This document shows, piece by piece, positions 39,101-53,255 of a DNA stretch of 64,000 nucleotides. The position numbers were made by a program, and so were the translations under genes. The notes under the pieces are model-generated. The model was not told the origin of the DNA. It made no database searches and saw only the letters and a program-made list of their open reading frames with translations. The stretch covers positions 1,240,001 to 1,304,000 of the forward strand of contig JANJGN010000140.1 of assembly GCA_026770705.1 (NCBI GenBank). The letters are read 5' to 3'. This DNA is from Isurus oxyrinchus (Eukaryota). Each line of letters starts with the position of its first letter. Positions within the stretch are counted from its first letter, which is position 1.

Positions 39101-40129
39101 CTGTCGTTGGAGTCTCTTCTTATATTTGTGGTTTATCAGGACAAACGAACAGTTCTGCAGTTTCCATATGGCCCAGAAGTTCCATGTGATGGTCTCCACT
39201 TCAGATGTCATCCCTTGTTAGCTAACAGTGGTTTCAAATAGCTCAGCTGTACCATGCTTCACACTTAATATTGTCGGAAATTTACCATTACCCAATTAAG
39301 ATAAATTGCCTTGTTTAATTTGACAAACAATAGAGGCTTATCTGCTGAGAGCCCGATTGTTGCGCCGCTGGTATCTGTTTCTGTGTTTCTGCTCTGTGTG
39401 CGGGTCAGTAATCCACCCGGCTGGTTATAAACCTTTTAGCTCATTCTCGTCTATTTCAGAAAGTGCAATTCGACACATTGATTCAAGAAGCTTGTAATTC
39501 ATTGAAAATTGAAAGCTTGGCATAAAGCTTAAGAAGGCGCCTCACAAGCAAGATCAGTAACCTAGTGTCTGATCTATAGAAGGAACAGCTTAGAAGCACT
39601 ACATAAAAGGCATAGAAGGATCCCTAATCTGTTCAGAACCAATGCTGTTCCTGACCCATCGTCCCTTGGTGGGCCAGCTTAATGGAAAGCATTACAGACT
39701 AGGGGGAGCTTAACGATCTCCAGCCAACCTTTGCAAAAGTTGACCTTACAGCGTATGAGAGACAATTGTTAATGGGGTGTTACCCTGTCATCTGTCATGT
39801 GCTTCGAGGCAATCGCAGTGTTCAAGCAACGTTACTGTACATCGACGTAATAAGGTTGAAGAACTCGAGTCAGCAATATAATATAGATGGTTTCATCACT
39901 CGGAAGAAATAACCAAACGTTAATGAGTTTATACTTGCATCAATGTTTGCTACAGCAGTGCAGCGGCATGAATGGAGAGATTTATCTTGAATATCAGATA
40001 ATTACTTCATAAGATTTGCCTGACCCTGAGCTCAATTTCCGAACAAAAAGTTTCAACAAGTACCTGTAAAGTCCCAGAAAGCAGCGCCTGTTAATCGTGG
40101 ATATTATTGCAGCAATTCAAATAGACAAC

Positions 40130-40620
40130 ATGATATTTCACTCTGTATATAACACAGTAAACCATGCCACATCTGCCCTGAGATTTTGGAGGGAACATTA
40201 CTCTGTATTTAACGTGTGCTACATAAGCGCTGGGGAATGTTCAATGGTACAGTGTAAAGGGATCCTTGTTCTGTTTCTAGCCTGTGTTGTGCCTTACCGA
40301 GGAATGTTTGATGCAGACAGGTTGATGGGACTTTATTCTGCGTATAATCAGTGCTTTACCTGTCCGAGGCGAGTTTTTTGTGATTGAACTTTACTCTGTA
40401 TGTAACTGGCACTGTACCCGCCCTGAGAATTTTAAGTGGGACATTTAAGAGGGAATATTATTCTGCATCCAATCTGTGCCTGTACCTGTCCTTTGAATGC
40501 GTGATGGGGCGCTGTACGAGGAGATTTACTTTGTATCCAAGCCGTGTTATGCCTTCCCTGATAATGTTTGCTACAGCAGTGCAGCGGCAGCTTCTTTCCA
40601 TACCTAACCTATTCTTTACA
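40130..40620. repeat. Degenerate ~60-65-bp tandem repeat
   Basis: Recurrent gggaXctttactctgtatctaac..gtgctgtacctgccctg..tgtttgatgggacagtg. Confidence 0.75.
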
Positions 40621-40631
40621 AAGACGTGAAT

Positions 40632-40707
40632 ACTGACAGTGTGGTGTATTATTGCTCTCTCTAAGACTCACAGTGATGTGGAGCAATCTCACCCCCGTAC
40701 AAAAACT
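40632..40707 (+). pseudogene. 3' tip of a V segment with an intact orphan 23-RSS
   Basis: TDSVVYYCSL then CACAGTG (40669-40675) + 23 bp + ACAAAAACT (40699-40707); downstream flank homologous to 26010-26200. Confidence 0.88.
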
Positions 40708-41069
40708 AACTGACTGTCGCTGGGAGCTCCTGTCTCTTTCGGGTTGTGTAGAATCGCCTCAATGTGCAGCCCGCTTTCATGCGCTGAAACATACATCTAG
40801 AGGAAGCCAATTTAACCTCGGATCAAAATGTCACCCAATTGTTTTGAGAAGCGGTTGTGAAAATAAACTGCAGAATCCTATCATACCGATAAGTCGAGCA
40901 CAGCATGAGTCTTCTGATCAGTTGTTTATTCGCTTAATATTTCAAATCAGCTGGGAGAGCGAGGCCGCTAGCACTCAAGCCTCACTCAAAGCACGCCACT
41001 GGGCACAAGGCTAATGAGACTAAAGCTGCCTGAAGCTCAGGGACACACAGAGACAGCAGACTGACGTCA

Positions 41070-43547
41070 CATAGAAACATAGAAACCTGGAGCAGGAGTA
41101 GGCCATTTGGCACTTCAAGCCTCCTCCGCCATTTAATATGATCATGGCTGATCCTTTATCTCAAAGCGATATTCCTGCTTTCTCTCCAAACCTAATATCC
41201 AAAAAATTATCAAATTCTTTCTTGAACATACTCAGTGGCCCGGCCTCCACAGCCTTCTTTGGTAGAGAATTTGAAAGGTTGAACACCCTCTGGGTGAAGA
41301 CATGTTTCCTCCTCTCGGTCCTAAATGGTCTGCCCTGCATCCTGAGACAGTGGCCCCTGCTTCTAGGCGCCTGGTCCAGGGGAAATACCCTCCCTGCATA
41401 CAGTCTGTCTAGCCATGTTAGAATTTTATACGTTTCAATCTGATCCGCTCTCATTCTTGTAACCTCCATTGAATGCAGGCCAGGTTGAACAAATCTCTCC
41501 TCATACTACAGTCCTGCCTTCCCCAGTATCAGCCTAGTGAATCTTCGCTGCACCCTTTCGATGTGAAGTATATCATTTCTTAGGTAGGGAGACCAAACTT
41601 GCACGCAATACTCCAGGTGTGGTCTCACCAAGGCCTTGTATAACTGTAGTAAGACATCCTCACTTCTGAACTCAAATCCTCTTGCAATAAAGGTCAACAT
41701 ACCATCTGCCGTCCTAATTGCTTGCTGCACCTGCTGCTTAATTTCATTGACTCGTGTACAAGAGCACCCAGATCCCTTTGTACATACACATTTTCCGATA
41801 TATCACCATTTTAGTAATACTCTGCCTTTCTGTTTTAAGTGTATAACTTCACATTTATCCATGTTATACTGCATCTGCAATGTGTTTGCCCACACACACA
41901 CTAAACTTATCTAAATCTCCATGAAGCCTCTTTGCATCCTCCTCACAACTCAAATGCCCGTCCATTTTTGTGCCATCAGCAAACTTAGAAATATTGCATT
42001 TGATTACCTCATCGAAGTTATTTAGATATATTGTGAATAGCTGGGGCCCAAGAACTGATCCCTGCGGTACAACAGTAGTGCGGCACACCACTAGTCACCT
42101 CTTGTCACCCGGAAAAAGGCCAATTTATTCCCACTGTCTGTTTCTGGTCTGTCAACCAATTCTCAATCCAAGCCAGTATATTATCCCCAATCCCATGTAC
42201 TTAAATTTTGCCGACTAGCCTCTTATGGGGGACCTAATAAAAAGTCTTCTTGAAATACAAATACACCACATCCACTGGTTCTCCCTTATCTATTCTGCAA
42301 GTTACGTCCTCAAAAACTCCAGTAGATTAGTTAAGCACGATTTCCCTTTCATAAATCCATGCTGACTTTGTCTAATTTGTTAGTGCTTTCCAAGTGTTCT
42401 GTTACCACATATTTTATAATAGATTCTAGCATTTTCTCCACGACTGATGTGCGGCTAATTAGTCTGCAATTCTCTGTTTTTTTTCCCTCCCTCCTTTCTA
42501 AATAGTGGGGTTTCAGTTGCCACCCTCGAATCTGTAAGAACTGCTCCAGAGTCTACAGAATTTTGGAGGTTCCCCACCAATGCATCCAACATTTCCAGGT
42601 GCACTTACCCTTTAGTTCTCTGGGCTGCAGGTTACCAGGCCCTGGAGATATTTCAGCCTTTAACCCCATTCATTTCTCGCACATGACCTTTTTACTAATA
42701 CTACTTTTCTTCAATTCCTCCCTCTCACTGGCTTGGTTCCCTAACATTTCTGGGAAATTATTTGTCTCCTCTTTTGTAAAAGTTTTTACAGTCAGTTCTT
42801 ATGTTCCCTGCAAGTTTACTCTCATGCTCCATTTTTCCCTTCTTGGTCAACCTTTTTCTCCACTTTTGCTGAATTCTAAACTGCTCCCACTCCTCAAGCT
42901 TCCTGCTTTTTATGGCAAATTAATATGTCTCTTCTTTGGATCCTTCATTGGTCTTGTAAGCCATGGTTGAACTACTGTTATAATTTTGCGCCAGAGAGGA
43001 ATGAATAATTGTTGTAATTCAAGCATACGCTCCTTAAATATTAGCCATTGCCTATCCACTGTCAACACTTTCAGTTAGGTTCCCCCAGTCCATCATTGCC
43101 AACTCGAACCTTGTACTCACACAGTTCCCTTTATTTAGATTCAGGACCCTAGTTTAGGATTCAACTTCTTCACTCTCTATCATACTGAGCAATTCCATCA
43201 TTTTATAGCCGCTCTTCCCCTAGGGACCCAACACAGCAAGATTGTTAATTAATCCTTTCTCATTGCACAATGCCCAGATTAGGATAGCCTGCTCTCTAGT
43301 TGGTTCTTGAACGTATTGATCGAAAAACCAGCACGTACACACTCCACGAAACGCTCCTCCGCAATATTATTACTAGTTTGGCTTGTCAAATCTATATACA
43401 GATTAAAGTCACCCATGATTACAGCTGCACCCTTATTTCATTTGTCTAATTTCCTGATTATTGCATTCTCTTACAATCCCATTACTGTTTGGGGACCTAT
43501 AGACAACGCCTGCCAACGTTTTCGGAGCCTTGGTGTTTTTTATCTCT
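41070..43547 (-). mobile_element. CR1 LINE, ~2.5 kb
   Basis: [32 protein letters not shown]; (catagaaa) tail at 41070; flanked by similar ~25-bp direct repeats. Confidence 0.95.
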
Positions 43548-46413
43548 ACACAGGGACTGCAGACTGACGTCAAACGGACTGGTGACTGACGTCACAAGGA
43601 TGCTACCGACTGACGTCACAGAGGAAGCAGGCTTTAGTCATGCGGACTTCAGACTGATGTCACATAGACTGCTGACTGATGACACACAGGCAACAAATTG
43701 CACTGCTGGCATCAGGGGTCATGGGAGTGAGTAGGCTGGGGATTGTGACGGTAATGGGAAAGCTAAGGACAATCAAGCAGAAAGAGTAGTTACGCAGATC
43801 GGAATGAAAAGGGATGCATACACAGAGATAACAGAAATAAACATAATGTTTCTGATAAAATAAAACAACAAATTCTGGAAGAGAATCATTGGAGAAATTG
43901 AATGAAAGAAAGATCTGAGCAAGAATAATGGGGGCTCCTGTGGGTGCATCCGTTCAATGTTTCCATTGCCTCAATGGTGAAATGTTTGGTCAATGGTGTT
44001 GCTCAGCTGAGTAAGGCCTGCTCCATAGATCAGCATTATGCCTGTTCTAAATGTTTACTAAGGGTTCTGCTGACTATTTCCTCATTAGGAAGGTCACTGC
44101 TGCTGTGAAAGCGGGGTAACGGAATTGGCATTGTTCTGTGGAACACAAGTGGACAATGAGGGACTGAATGCGCTCAGCGTGACTGAGGTAAGGTGACGTA
44201 GACTGATATAGAACTAAAGGTACTAACACTGACTGAGGCTCAAGGACATAAAGACACAGAATTGCGACCGCTCGGTTCCAGCAGGAAAATTGGAATTGCT
44301 TGGACATATGGGGGTTGTAATGGGAAGGAGGAAGATAGGGAGAAGCAAGCAGAACAGATGTGGAAAATTAGCCTAAAGAGAGGCATAATGAGACAGGTAA
44401 AAGGGAAACAAAAAGCAGGTTGAAATAAAATAAAGTTATCAAACTGGCACATGGAAGAGAATGAATGAAAGGAAATATGAACAATATTTCTGAGTAGATA
44501 AATGGGACACACCCTACTGTATTAGCTCTTTGCTGGTCTGCATTTAAAGAGTTGAACTCTGTTTATATTACAAGACGCCCTATCTCAGTTATTACTGCAT
44601 TAGGATATGTCCATGTTTATATTTCACTAGGTCCTGTAAATTTAACCAAAGTAGGAAAATATTAAATTAAGGCTGAAAGTGTAGGGTTTAGGACTGTGAG
44701 TAAATATGTCTTTGAAGTTACAATGTTAAGAAAGAACCTAAAAGAGTGTTGGTGATCCTTGTCTTTATTTTTTAAATAGAGGTTTCGCGTACAAAGGCAA
44801 GGGAGTGCTTCTCGCCATCACAGAATACTCATTAGGCACCAAACGTTTTGTTAAATATTCGGAATTACATTTTAAAGAAGAGAGAAAGGCCTTTCAGATG
44901 GATCAGAAGAGATTCATTAGATTGATACCAAAGATGAAATAATTGACTTCTGCGGAGAGATCAAAGAAATGTTGATCTTCTTGCAGCTTTGGGGTTTAAC
45001 TGGTAATATGACAGTAATGCTCAAATACATGAAGTAATTTGGGACAGAAGGGTGGAAAACCAAACAGACACATTTAAAACAATTTGCAACAGCACCAAAA
45101 TCGGCACAAGAGAAAGCGATGACCAGGAATGCTCTGTCTCAAAATGCGGTGCAAGCCGACTCAATAGGATTGTTTTAAAGTCAATTGGATAAATCAATGA
45201 TGTGCAAACATTTGCATGATTAAAAGAGAATTGCAGGAGAACTGGACCGATTTTTCAGCTCTTTCAACGATCTGGCACACATGATGAGCTGAAAGGCCTT
45301 TCATGTGTTGTATTATGTGCTGCACTATTTTCCAATTCTATGATGAGACCACCAACTCTTTAAATTACCTTTAGCCTCTTTGCATTTGCTACTGCACTCG
45401 CTCTTTCTCAGTTAATATGATGCTAGTCCCTCTCTCAGTCATTATGAAACAATGCCATGACCACGCTGTTAAATTGCATTAGAAACCGTATCTGCTCAAT
45501 TCAGCAGCGCAAAATTCTGTTTATTTCACATGAGACTATCTATCTGCTTATATTACATAAGCTGCCGTCTCAGTAATGACTGCAATAAACCATAGCACTG
45601 AATATGCTGCACGGGACCATGCCCAGTTTTTATTATATAATGCAACTTCTTCTGTTACATTAGACTCTGTCTTTATTTATATTAAACTCGACCATTTATT
45701 TGGCTATGCTATTTTTGACCATGTCTCTCTTTATATTAGACTAGACCACGTCGCTGTTTATATTACACTATAACCGGTTTGTTTATATTACACTAGACCC
45801 CGCCTCTGTTTTTATTAAGCTATATTGCACCTCTTGTCTGTATTACACTAGGCTTTATCCCTGTTTATAATATGCAAGGCCATCTCTCTCTTAAATTGCA
45901 TTAAACCCTGTCTTTGTTTATGTTGAACTGGACCACGTCTCTGTTAGTATTATACTAAATCCTATAACTGTATACTATACTAGGTCAAGTCTCAGTTTAT
46001 ATTCCAGCAAGCTTAGTTGTTATTGCACCTGTCTATATGTTTTTATATTAACCTACACCCTACCGCGGTTATTACTGCAGCAGGACTTGTCTCAGTTTGC
46101 AGGACATTCGTTCATGTTTCAGTTAACCTGACACTGGGACACGCTACGTCTCTTTCTTTTATATTTCACTTGATCTTGCATCCATTTTTATTATATACGA
46201 CATTGTTTTTATTCATAATAAACTGGAGAATGTGTTGTTTATATCACATGAATGTCTTAGCCATTACTAGACGAGAAACTGCCTCTGTTTAAATCATAAC
46301 GCTGGAATTTCTGATTTTCATTTAATAACAGGCCCTGCTGCTGCTTGGCTGTATCAGTTTATATCACTCGAGGCAATTTGTCATGTGTAACTGGACTAGG
46401 CCATGCCTCTGTT

Positions 46414-48780
46414 GGCCCATCGAGTCTGCTCCGCCAGTCAATAAGATTATGGCTGATCTGATAATCATCAACTCCAATGTCCTGCTTTTTCCTCACAACT
46501 CTTGATTTCTTGACAGGTTAAAGATCTCTCCATCTCTGCTTTGAACATATCTAATGGCCCAGCCTCTACAGGCTTCTGTGGTAATTAATTCCACAGATTC
46601 GCTACCCTCTGAGAGAAAAAATTCCTCCTCATCTCTGTCTCAAATGGCGACTCCTTACTCTGAGATTGTGACAGCTGGTCCAGGACTCCCACAATGGGGA
46701 ACAACCTCTCAGCACCTACCCTGTCAAGCCCCCTCAGGATCTTACATATTTCAATAAGGTTGCCTCTCGTTCTTCTAAACTCCAATGAGTACAGGCCCAA
46801 TCTACTCAACCTCTCCTCATAAGAAAATCCCGCCATCCCCGGGACAACCTAGTGAACCTTCTTTGGACTGACTCGAAAGCCAATATATCTTTCGTCAGAT
46901 AAGGGGACCAAAACTGTTCACAATATTCCAGGTGTGGTCTAACTAGTGCCTTGTATAATTGAAGCAAGACTTCCCTGTTTTTATACTCCATTCCTATGAA
47001 ATGAAGTCAAATATTCCATTTGCCTTCCCTATTACCTGCTGAACTTGAATGTTAGCTTTTTGTGATTTGTGCACGAAGGCCACCAAAACCCTCTGTGCTG
47101 CAGCTTTCAGCGGTCTTTCTCCATTTAAATAATATTCAGCTTCTCTATTCTTCCTGTCAAAGTGCAAAACCTGACATTTTCCCACATTATATTCCATCTG
47201 CCAAGTCTTTGCCCACTCACTTAATCTGTCGCTATCCATTTGTAGACTCTTTGTGTCACCTCACCAGCTGCCTTCCCACCTATTTCTATGCCATCCACAA
47301 ACTTGGCGATAGTACATTCACTTCTTCATCCAAACCATTAATATATATTGTAAATAATTGTGGCCACAGCACTGATCCCTGTGGCACTCCACTAGTTACA
47401 GTTTGCCATCATCAGAATGCCTCTCTTATTCCAAATCTCTGTCATCTATTAGTTAGTCAATCTCTATCCATGCTAACATACTACACACAATCCCATGCGC
47501 TCTTAACTTATTAAGTAACCTTATATGTGGTACCTTAAGAAAATCCAAATATATTACACCTGCTGGTTGTCCTTTATCTATCCTGCTTGTTACCTCCTCA
47601 AAGAATTCTAAAAAACTTTGTCAGGCATGATTTCCCTTTCATGAAGGCTTGCTAACTCTGCTTGATTATATTATGCACCTTTAAATCCTCTGATATTGCA
47701 TCACTTATGATAGACTTTAACATTTCCCAAATGGTGAATATTAAGCTAACTGGCCTGTGGTTAAATGTTTATTGTCTCCCTCCCTTTTTGAACAAGGGCG
47801 TTACATTGACAGTTTTCCAATCCTCTGGGACTTCTCCGGGATCTAAGGATTCTTGGGAGATCAAAGGATTCTTGGAAGACCAGTGTGTCCACTATCTTTG
47901 CAGCTATTTCGTTTAATGTCCTAGGATGCAACTCATCACATTCAGGGGGCAGCAGCTTTTCGGCCCACTAGTTTCCTTAGCACTTTTCTCTGGTGATAAT
48001 GATTGTATTTATTTCCTCCTCACTCCCCGCCATTTTGCCGTTGATAATTTCATACTTTTGGAATGATATTAGTTTCTTTTACCGTGAAGACTGATGCAAA
48101 GTAAACTCCTCTGCCATTTCCTGGCTCCCCATTATTATTTCCAGAGCCTCATTCTCTAACGGGCCTAGTTTCACTTTGGCCTTTTCCTATTTCAATTTCC
48201 TCTCCAGCTCTGAGGAGATGTCCTTAACCCTGGCACCTCGCAGACAACACAGCCTTTGGGACTCACGCTCACGGATACAGGGAACAGTATCTATCACCTT
48301 CATTTAACTGTTTCCTACCACTACATTCATTTTTCCCACCATTTCAATGTCTCCCTCTACCACGGTGCTGTGGCCAGTTCCCCCATCCTCCCTGCAGCCC
48401 CCGCTCTCGTCCACACAGCTTGCAAGAGCCTCGTGACTCTTGAACAATTGCAGAGGCCGAGATTCCTCGAATGCTATCCGCTGGGTCCACACAGCTGCCT
48501 CACCTGCAGTCACAAACTCCTGCCCTTCATCACAGACCAAATTGGAATTACCTAATCTCATGGGGTCTGACCGACTCCCAGAGTAAAGTGTCCAGTTAGC
48601 TCTCCCCCTCCCTGATGTGGCACAATTTCTGCAGCTTGGATTCCAGCTCCTCAACTCGGATTCGAAATTCTTGGAGCTCTCAAACACTTAATACAGATGT
48701 GCTCCCTTTGAATCAACTTAGTGTCCAGCAGCTCCCACATGCAGCAGCAGCAGCAGCACATTACCTGCCCTGCGATCAAT
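46414..48780 (-). mobile_element. CR1 LINE, decayed ORF2 with probable ORF1 remnant
   Basis: [38 protein letters not shown]. Confidence 0.9.
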
Positions 48781-48899
48781 ATTGTATTTTATTTAATTTG
48801 TTAAACAATTACTCTGGTATCCCTGCTCTTTTCACTTGAAGACTCCCCCGCTCTTTTCATTCTATCGGAATTAATTTTGTGGGGTGAAGTGTTGCTGAG

Positions 48900-49010
48900 A
48901 ATGAAAAATGAAAGATTGAAAGAAAGGAAGGAAAAGGGAAGGAAGGAAGGAGGGGAGGAAGAGAAAAAGAAAGAAAGAGAGAGAGAAAGAAAGAAAGAAA
49001 GAAAGAAAAA
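48900..49010. repeat. GA-rich (GAAA/GGAA) simple repeat
   Basis: Direct observation. Confidence 0.9.
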
Positions 49011-49346
49011 CAATTCACAAACAACAATGGGATAAAATAGTTTTCAATGAGGTTAATTGAATGATAAATATTGGGAAAACCCCTCTGGGTTCTCTCTATG
49101 ATCGTACCCAGGGGATGATTTGTGTTCCATCTCAGAGGACAGTCGAGGATTCAGTTCAGAGTTTCACCTCAGGCAGTTCAGCACTCCTTCAGTACAGGAA
49201 ACACTGGGCGCTCAGCCTTGGACTTTCCGTTTCGACTGTGAGAGATAAAGTGGTACACACTGAACCACTCTAATGGAGAGGAAAGTATATGAGAAGGAGA
49301 CAGAAGATGAATCTTAAAGGGAGGATACAAATATTTTATTGCTCTT

Positions 49347-51973
49347 TCACCAATTTAATGAAGCAGTGAAGGAGGCGAAAGGGCAAATCAGCATATTCTT
49401 CAGCTGTTCTCGGAACTTGGTCTGGGTCACTGCATAGATGAAAACATTGGTGCAAGAGCTGAGAAGCTGGAGCACGTTGGTTGTATCTTGAAGGATGAAT
49501 TGTGGGTCATTGAAATCCAAGCCAGTGAAATATGCCTCACCCGTAGTCTGCACGTAGAGGAAATGTCCGACATAGGTGACCCACAGGAGGAGAAAGCTGA
49601 GGGAGAAGGCGAAGAGCAGGACAATGGACTTTTTACGGTTGTCCATCTCTGGATCTCTGTCATGCTCGGCTCCCCGGAGCCTCCTGCGAGCTCTGCTGGC
49701 CGCTAAGTTGTGCCTTACGGTCAGTGCATTGAGCAACAGAATGAGGAGGAACGGGAGGAAGGGGGTTAAGATGCGGTCAAGCCAGTCGTAGGCCTGCCAG
49801 ATGGGCAATGTGTAATAGGTGGACTTGATGTTGCAGAACCAGGGCACCCCGTCCAGAATATACAAGGGCTGGTAGCTGAAGGGACGTTCTTGACACAGCT
49901 CAGGGCACTGACCAGTCCTATAACCAGTGATGCAGTTTTCTCAGTACAGTATCTGGCCTTCAGGCTCTGACAGCAGATGGCCACGAAATGGTCGATGGTG
50001 AAGGTGACTGTCAGCCAGACTGAGCCATCTCGTGTGGCATAGATGAGCACGGTGCTAATAGCACATCCAGGGGTGGTGGAGAGGACAATCTCACGAAAGC
50101 AGATGCCACCAATCCGGTTGAATATGATGGTGGTGATGATGACCAGGAAATCTGTCACCGCTATCGCCACCAGGTAATAAGTGATGCATCAGGAGAGTCC
50201 GCACCGGCCACGGGATAAGATTATGATCACAGCCATGTTGGCTGTGAGAGAGGAAAAGAGAGATATGTTACCGAGCGAACTCCATACACCAGCTGGTACC
50301 TCATGCAACTTGTTAATAAAAAGCCATCCTCACCCGTGCCTGTGCCACCTCCTGACTACAACCATTCCAAAGCCGTAACTGCTTGTTTGGCATCCAATTC
50401 TGGATAAGTGCATATTTGATACAATTAAACATTTGAGAGTCAGAAGACATTGCCTTCAATCCCCACTAAAAACTCTGTTCTCTCACCACTGCGTCCATCC
50501 GCTGAGACTTGAGGCCCTTTACAATCTTGGCGACCTGTTTGAGCCAGAGTGGCGCTTCCAAACGTCCTCCTCCCTATGATGATCATCCTGCACCAAGACT
50601 GGTTACTTCCACATTTCTAATATCGACCATAATATCACACATCTCAAAACCTGCCTTCGGTTAGCAGCTGCTCAAGGTTTCCCCATACATTTGTAACATC
50701 TAGATGCCAACAATTGGAATAGTCTTTTGGCGTTCTCCCACTTTGTGTCATCAGTGATCTTAAACTCATCTGAAGCACTTGGTGGGAATATTCCTATTCA
50801 CAGGAAGTCCCAGTCATCCACCAGCCCTATGTTCGCCCACTTACATTGGCTCCCAGCCTGGCAACACCTTGAATTTAGTATCCTCATCCTTGCTTTCAAA
50901 TCCACCCATAGCCTCGTCATTACTTACTCCAGTAACCCTCTAAAATCGTTTTGCTCACAGCCAATATCTATAATCTTGTGTACCCCAGAAATTAAATGTT
51001 CCACTGGCGGCGAAGTTGCCTTTTGCTGCCGTGGCCTTAATGTCTGGATATTCCTCCCTCAAATCCTTCGCCTTTCTTTCTTTCTACCAGACGATTCTCA
51101 AATCCTACTCATTCGATGAAGCTTTTGGTTATCGGTCCTCATTTCTCCTTATGTAGTTGATATCAAATTTTGTTTGTTAAATCTGCTGCGAAGCACCTTC
51201 CCTCGCCACACGGTCTGCAGTGGTTGAAGTAAAAAGCTCAACCTTAATTTCTCAAGTGGAAACGAGCGATGGGCAATAAAGTTTGACCTTGCCAACGACA
51301 GTAATAAATAAATATTATATTCTACTGCATAATAATAAATGAAAAATACTACTTCCTTCCAGAGGTGGCACTGCTGATTCCTGCAATTAATGAGTGTACA
51401 TTTGATATCACAATGCATCTAATGTAATTATTGCACTGTAAAGAATCAGTGTAAATCATTGTAATAAAATAAATGCACGACAATGATGTTTAATACTCTG
51501 TGATACGCCATTGTTCCATACAATGTTAAAAACGCTATAATGCATTTTATTACATTGGAATGAAAGCTAATGTTTAACAATGTAACGTAATACTGTCCAT
51601 ACATTTTCATACATTATACTTCATAATTCAGCAACCCAACAGACGCTGTTTCTATAAACTTGCACCATAGATCATTGAATAATATCTTGCGCTGCTACAT
51701 CATGCAAGTGGAATTTATAAACTATAAGTCACCGTAATGCAGTACAATATCACATACTGCACCTCTATACAGGAATACAGTTGACATTCCTTAAACTCAA
51801 ACAGCGCTGAATATTAAAAAAAAGCCCCTTCCCGAAATCTAAGGCACAAGTGTTCTGGCGACTTAAAAGAAAGTAAATAATTAATTTGGAGTCTATAACT
51901 TACCCGGGACACTAATAACAGCGAGAACAGGATAGTAAATAGCATAGACAGGTCCATTCACTGGCCCGTGCAT
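49347..51973 (-). pseudogene. Two-exon class A GPCR, GPR139/GPR142-like, pseudogene
   Basis: Exon 1 51973-51904 MHGPVNGPVYAIYYPVLAVISVP/gtaagt; exon 2 50241-49347 ANMAVIIILSRGRCGLS*CITYYLVAIAVTD..TIDHFVAIC..SSCTNVFIYAVTQTKFREQL; TGA at 50189-50191 and a frameshift near 49877. Confidence 0.88.
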
Positions 51974-52454
51974 CTCCTTTCACAAACTAAGGGAATTCTG
52001 CAAGCTGTGAACCTTAGCTCTGAGACGCTTTCAACTTATACTGGCTGAAACTCTCAAAGGGACAATTAGGTTAGAACATGCACCTTAGTTACAGTTCAGT
52101 GAACAAACAGAAGGACTCATGGTTTCATGCCTTCCATTTGTAACATTGGCCTGGTGGATGGTTCCATATCTTTTTGGCCGAGCTGCTGGTTGCCAATTCT
52201 GCGGCACAACTACCTCTCCTTCCCGCCAAACCATTTCTTGGTGTCCTCATTAAGCAGCCAATAATTGTCGAATTGGTCCACAGACCCGATCTCTAAGCTA
52301 AAACTGTTTCTTCCCATCTCTACTATGTTCCCAAATAGTTTGTGTTTTTAAGAGTCAGGTTAGATCGTGTGTTTGATTGATTGGTAAGTATTTTAGTTCT
52401 TAATCATTTAGTGCAATCAAATCATTAAATTGACTTATAGCTGAACAATTTTAG

Positions 52455-53255
52455 AGAGACTGCCCTTGATATCAAGGCAGCATTTGCCCGAGTGTGGCAA
52501 CAAGGAACCCAAGCAAATCTGCAATCAGTGGGCATCAGGGGAAAAAGTCTCCGAAGGCTGGAGTCATACTTAGCACAAAGGAAGGTGGTTGTGGCTGTTG
52601 CAGGTAAGTCATCACAGCTCCAGGACAGTACTGCAGGTATTCCTCAGGGTAGTGGCCTAGGCCCAACCATCTTCAGCTGCTTCATAAATTACCTTCCTTT
52701 CATCATAAGGTAAGAAGTGGGGTTCTGTTGAAGGGTCATGAGAACTCGAAATGTCAACTCTTTTCTTCTCTGCCGATGCTGCCAAACCTGCTGGGTTTTT
52801 CCAGGTAATTCTGTTTTTGAAGTGGGGATATTGGCTGATGATTGCACCATGTTCAGCATCATTTGTGACTCCTCAGATACTGGAGCAGTCCATGTCCAAA
52901 TGCAGTAAGGCCGGGATATTATCCAGGCTTGGGCTGACAAGTGGCAAATAACAGGCAATGACAATCTCCAACAAGAGAGAATCCAACCATCCTCTCCTTG
53001 ATGTTCAATATCATTACTATCACTGAATCCCCACTATCAACATCCTGGGGGGGCTACTATTGATCAAAAACTGAGCTGAACTGGCCATACAAATACAGTG
53101 GCAACAAGAGCAGGTCAGAGGCTAGGACTTGTGCGATGAGTAACTCACCTCTGGACTCCCCAAAGCCTGTACACCAACTAAAAGGCACAAGTCAGGAGTG
53201 TGGTGGAACAGTCTTCTCTTGCCTGGATGAATGCAGCTCCCACAACACGCAAAAA
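52455..53255 (+). mobile_element. LINE RT fragment with a short Penelope-end insertion
   Basis: ALDIKAAF, GIPQGSGLGPTIFSCFIN. Confidence 0.85.

Noticed and set aside
39100-39900. Non-repetitive stretch that might be a decayed viral or transposon gene (similarly 54800-55160)
   Set aside because: Multiple stops and no motif I can recognise; a translated homology search would be needed
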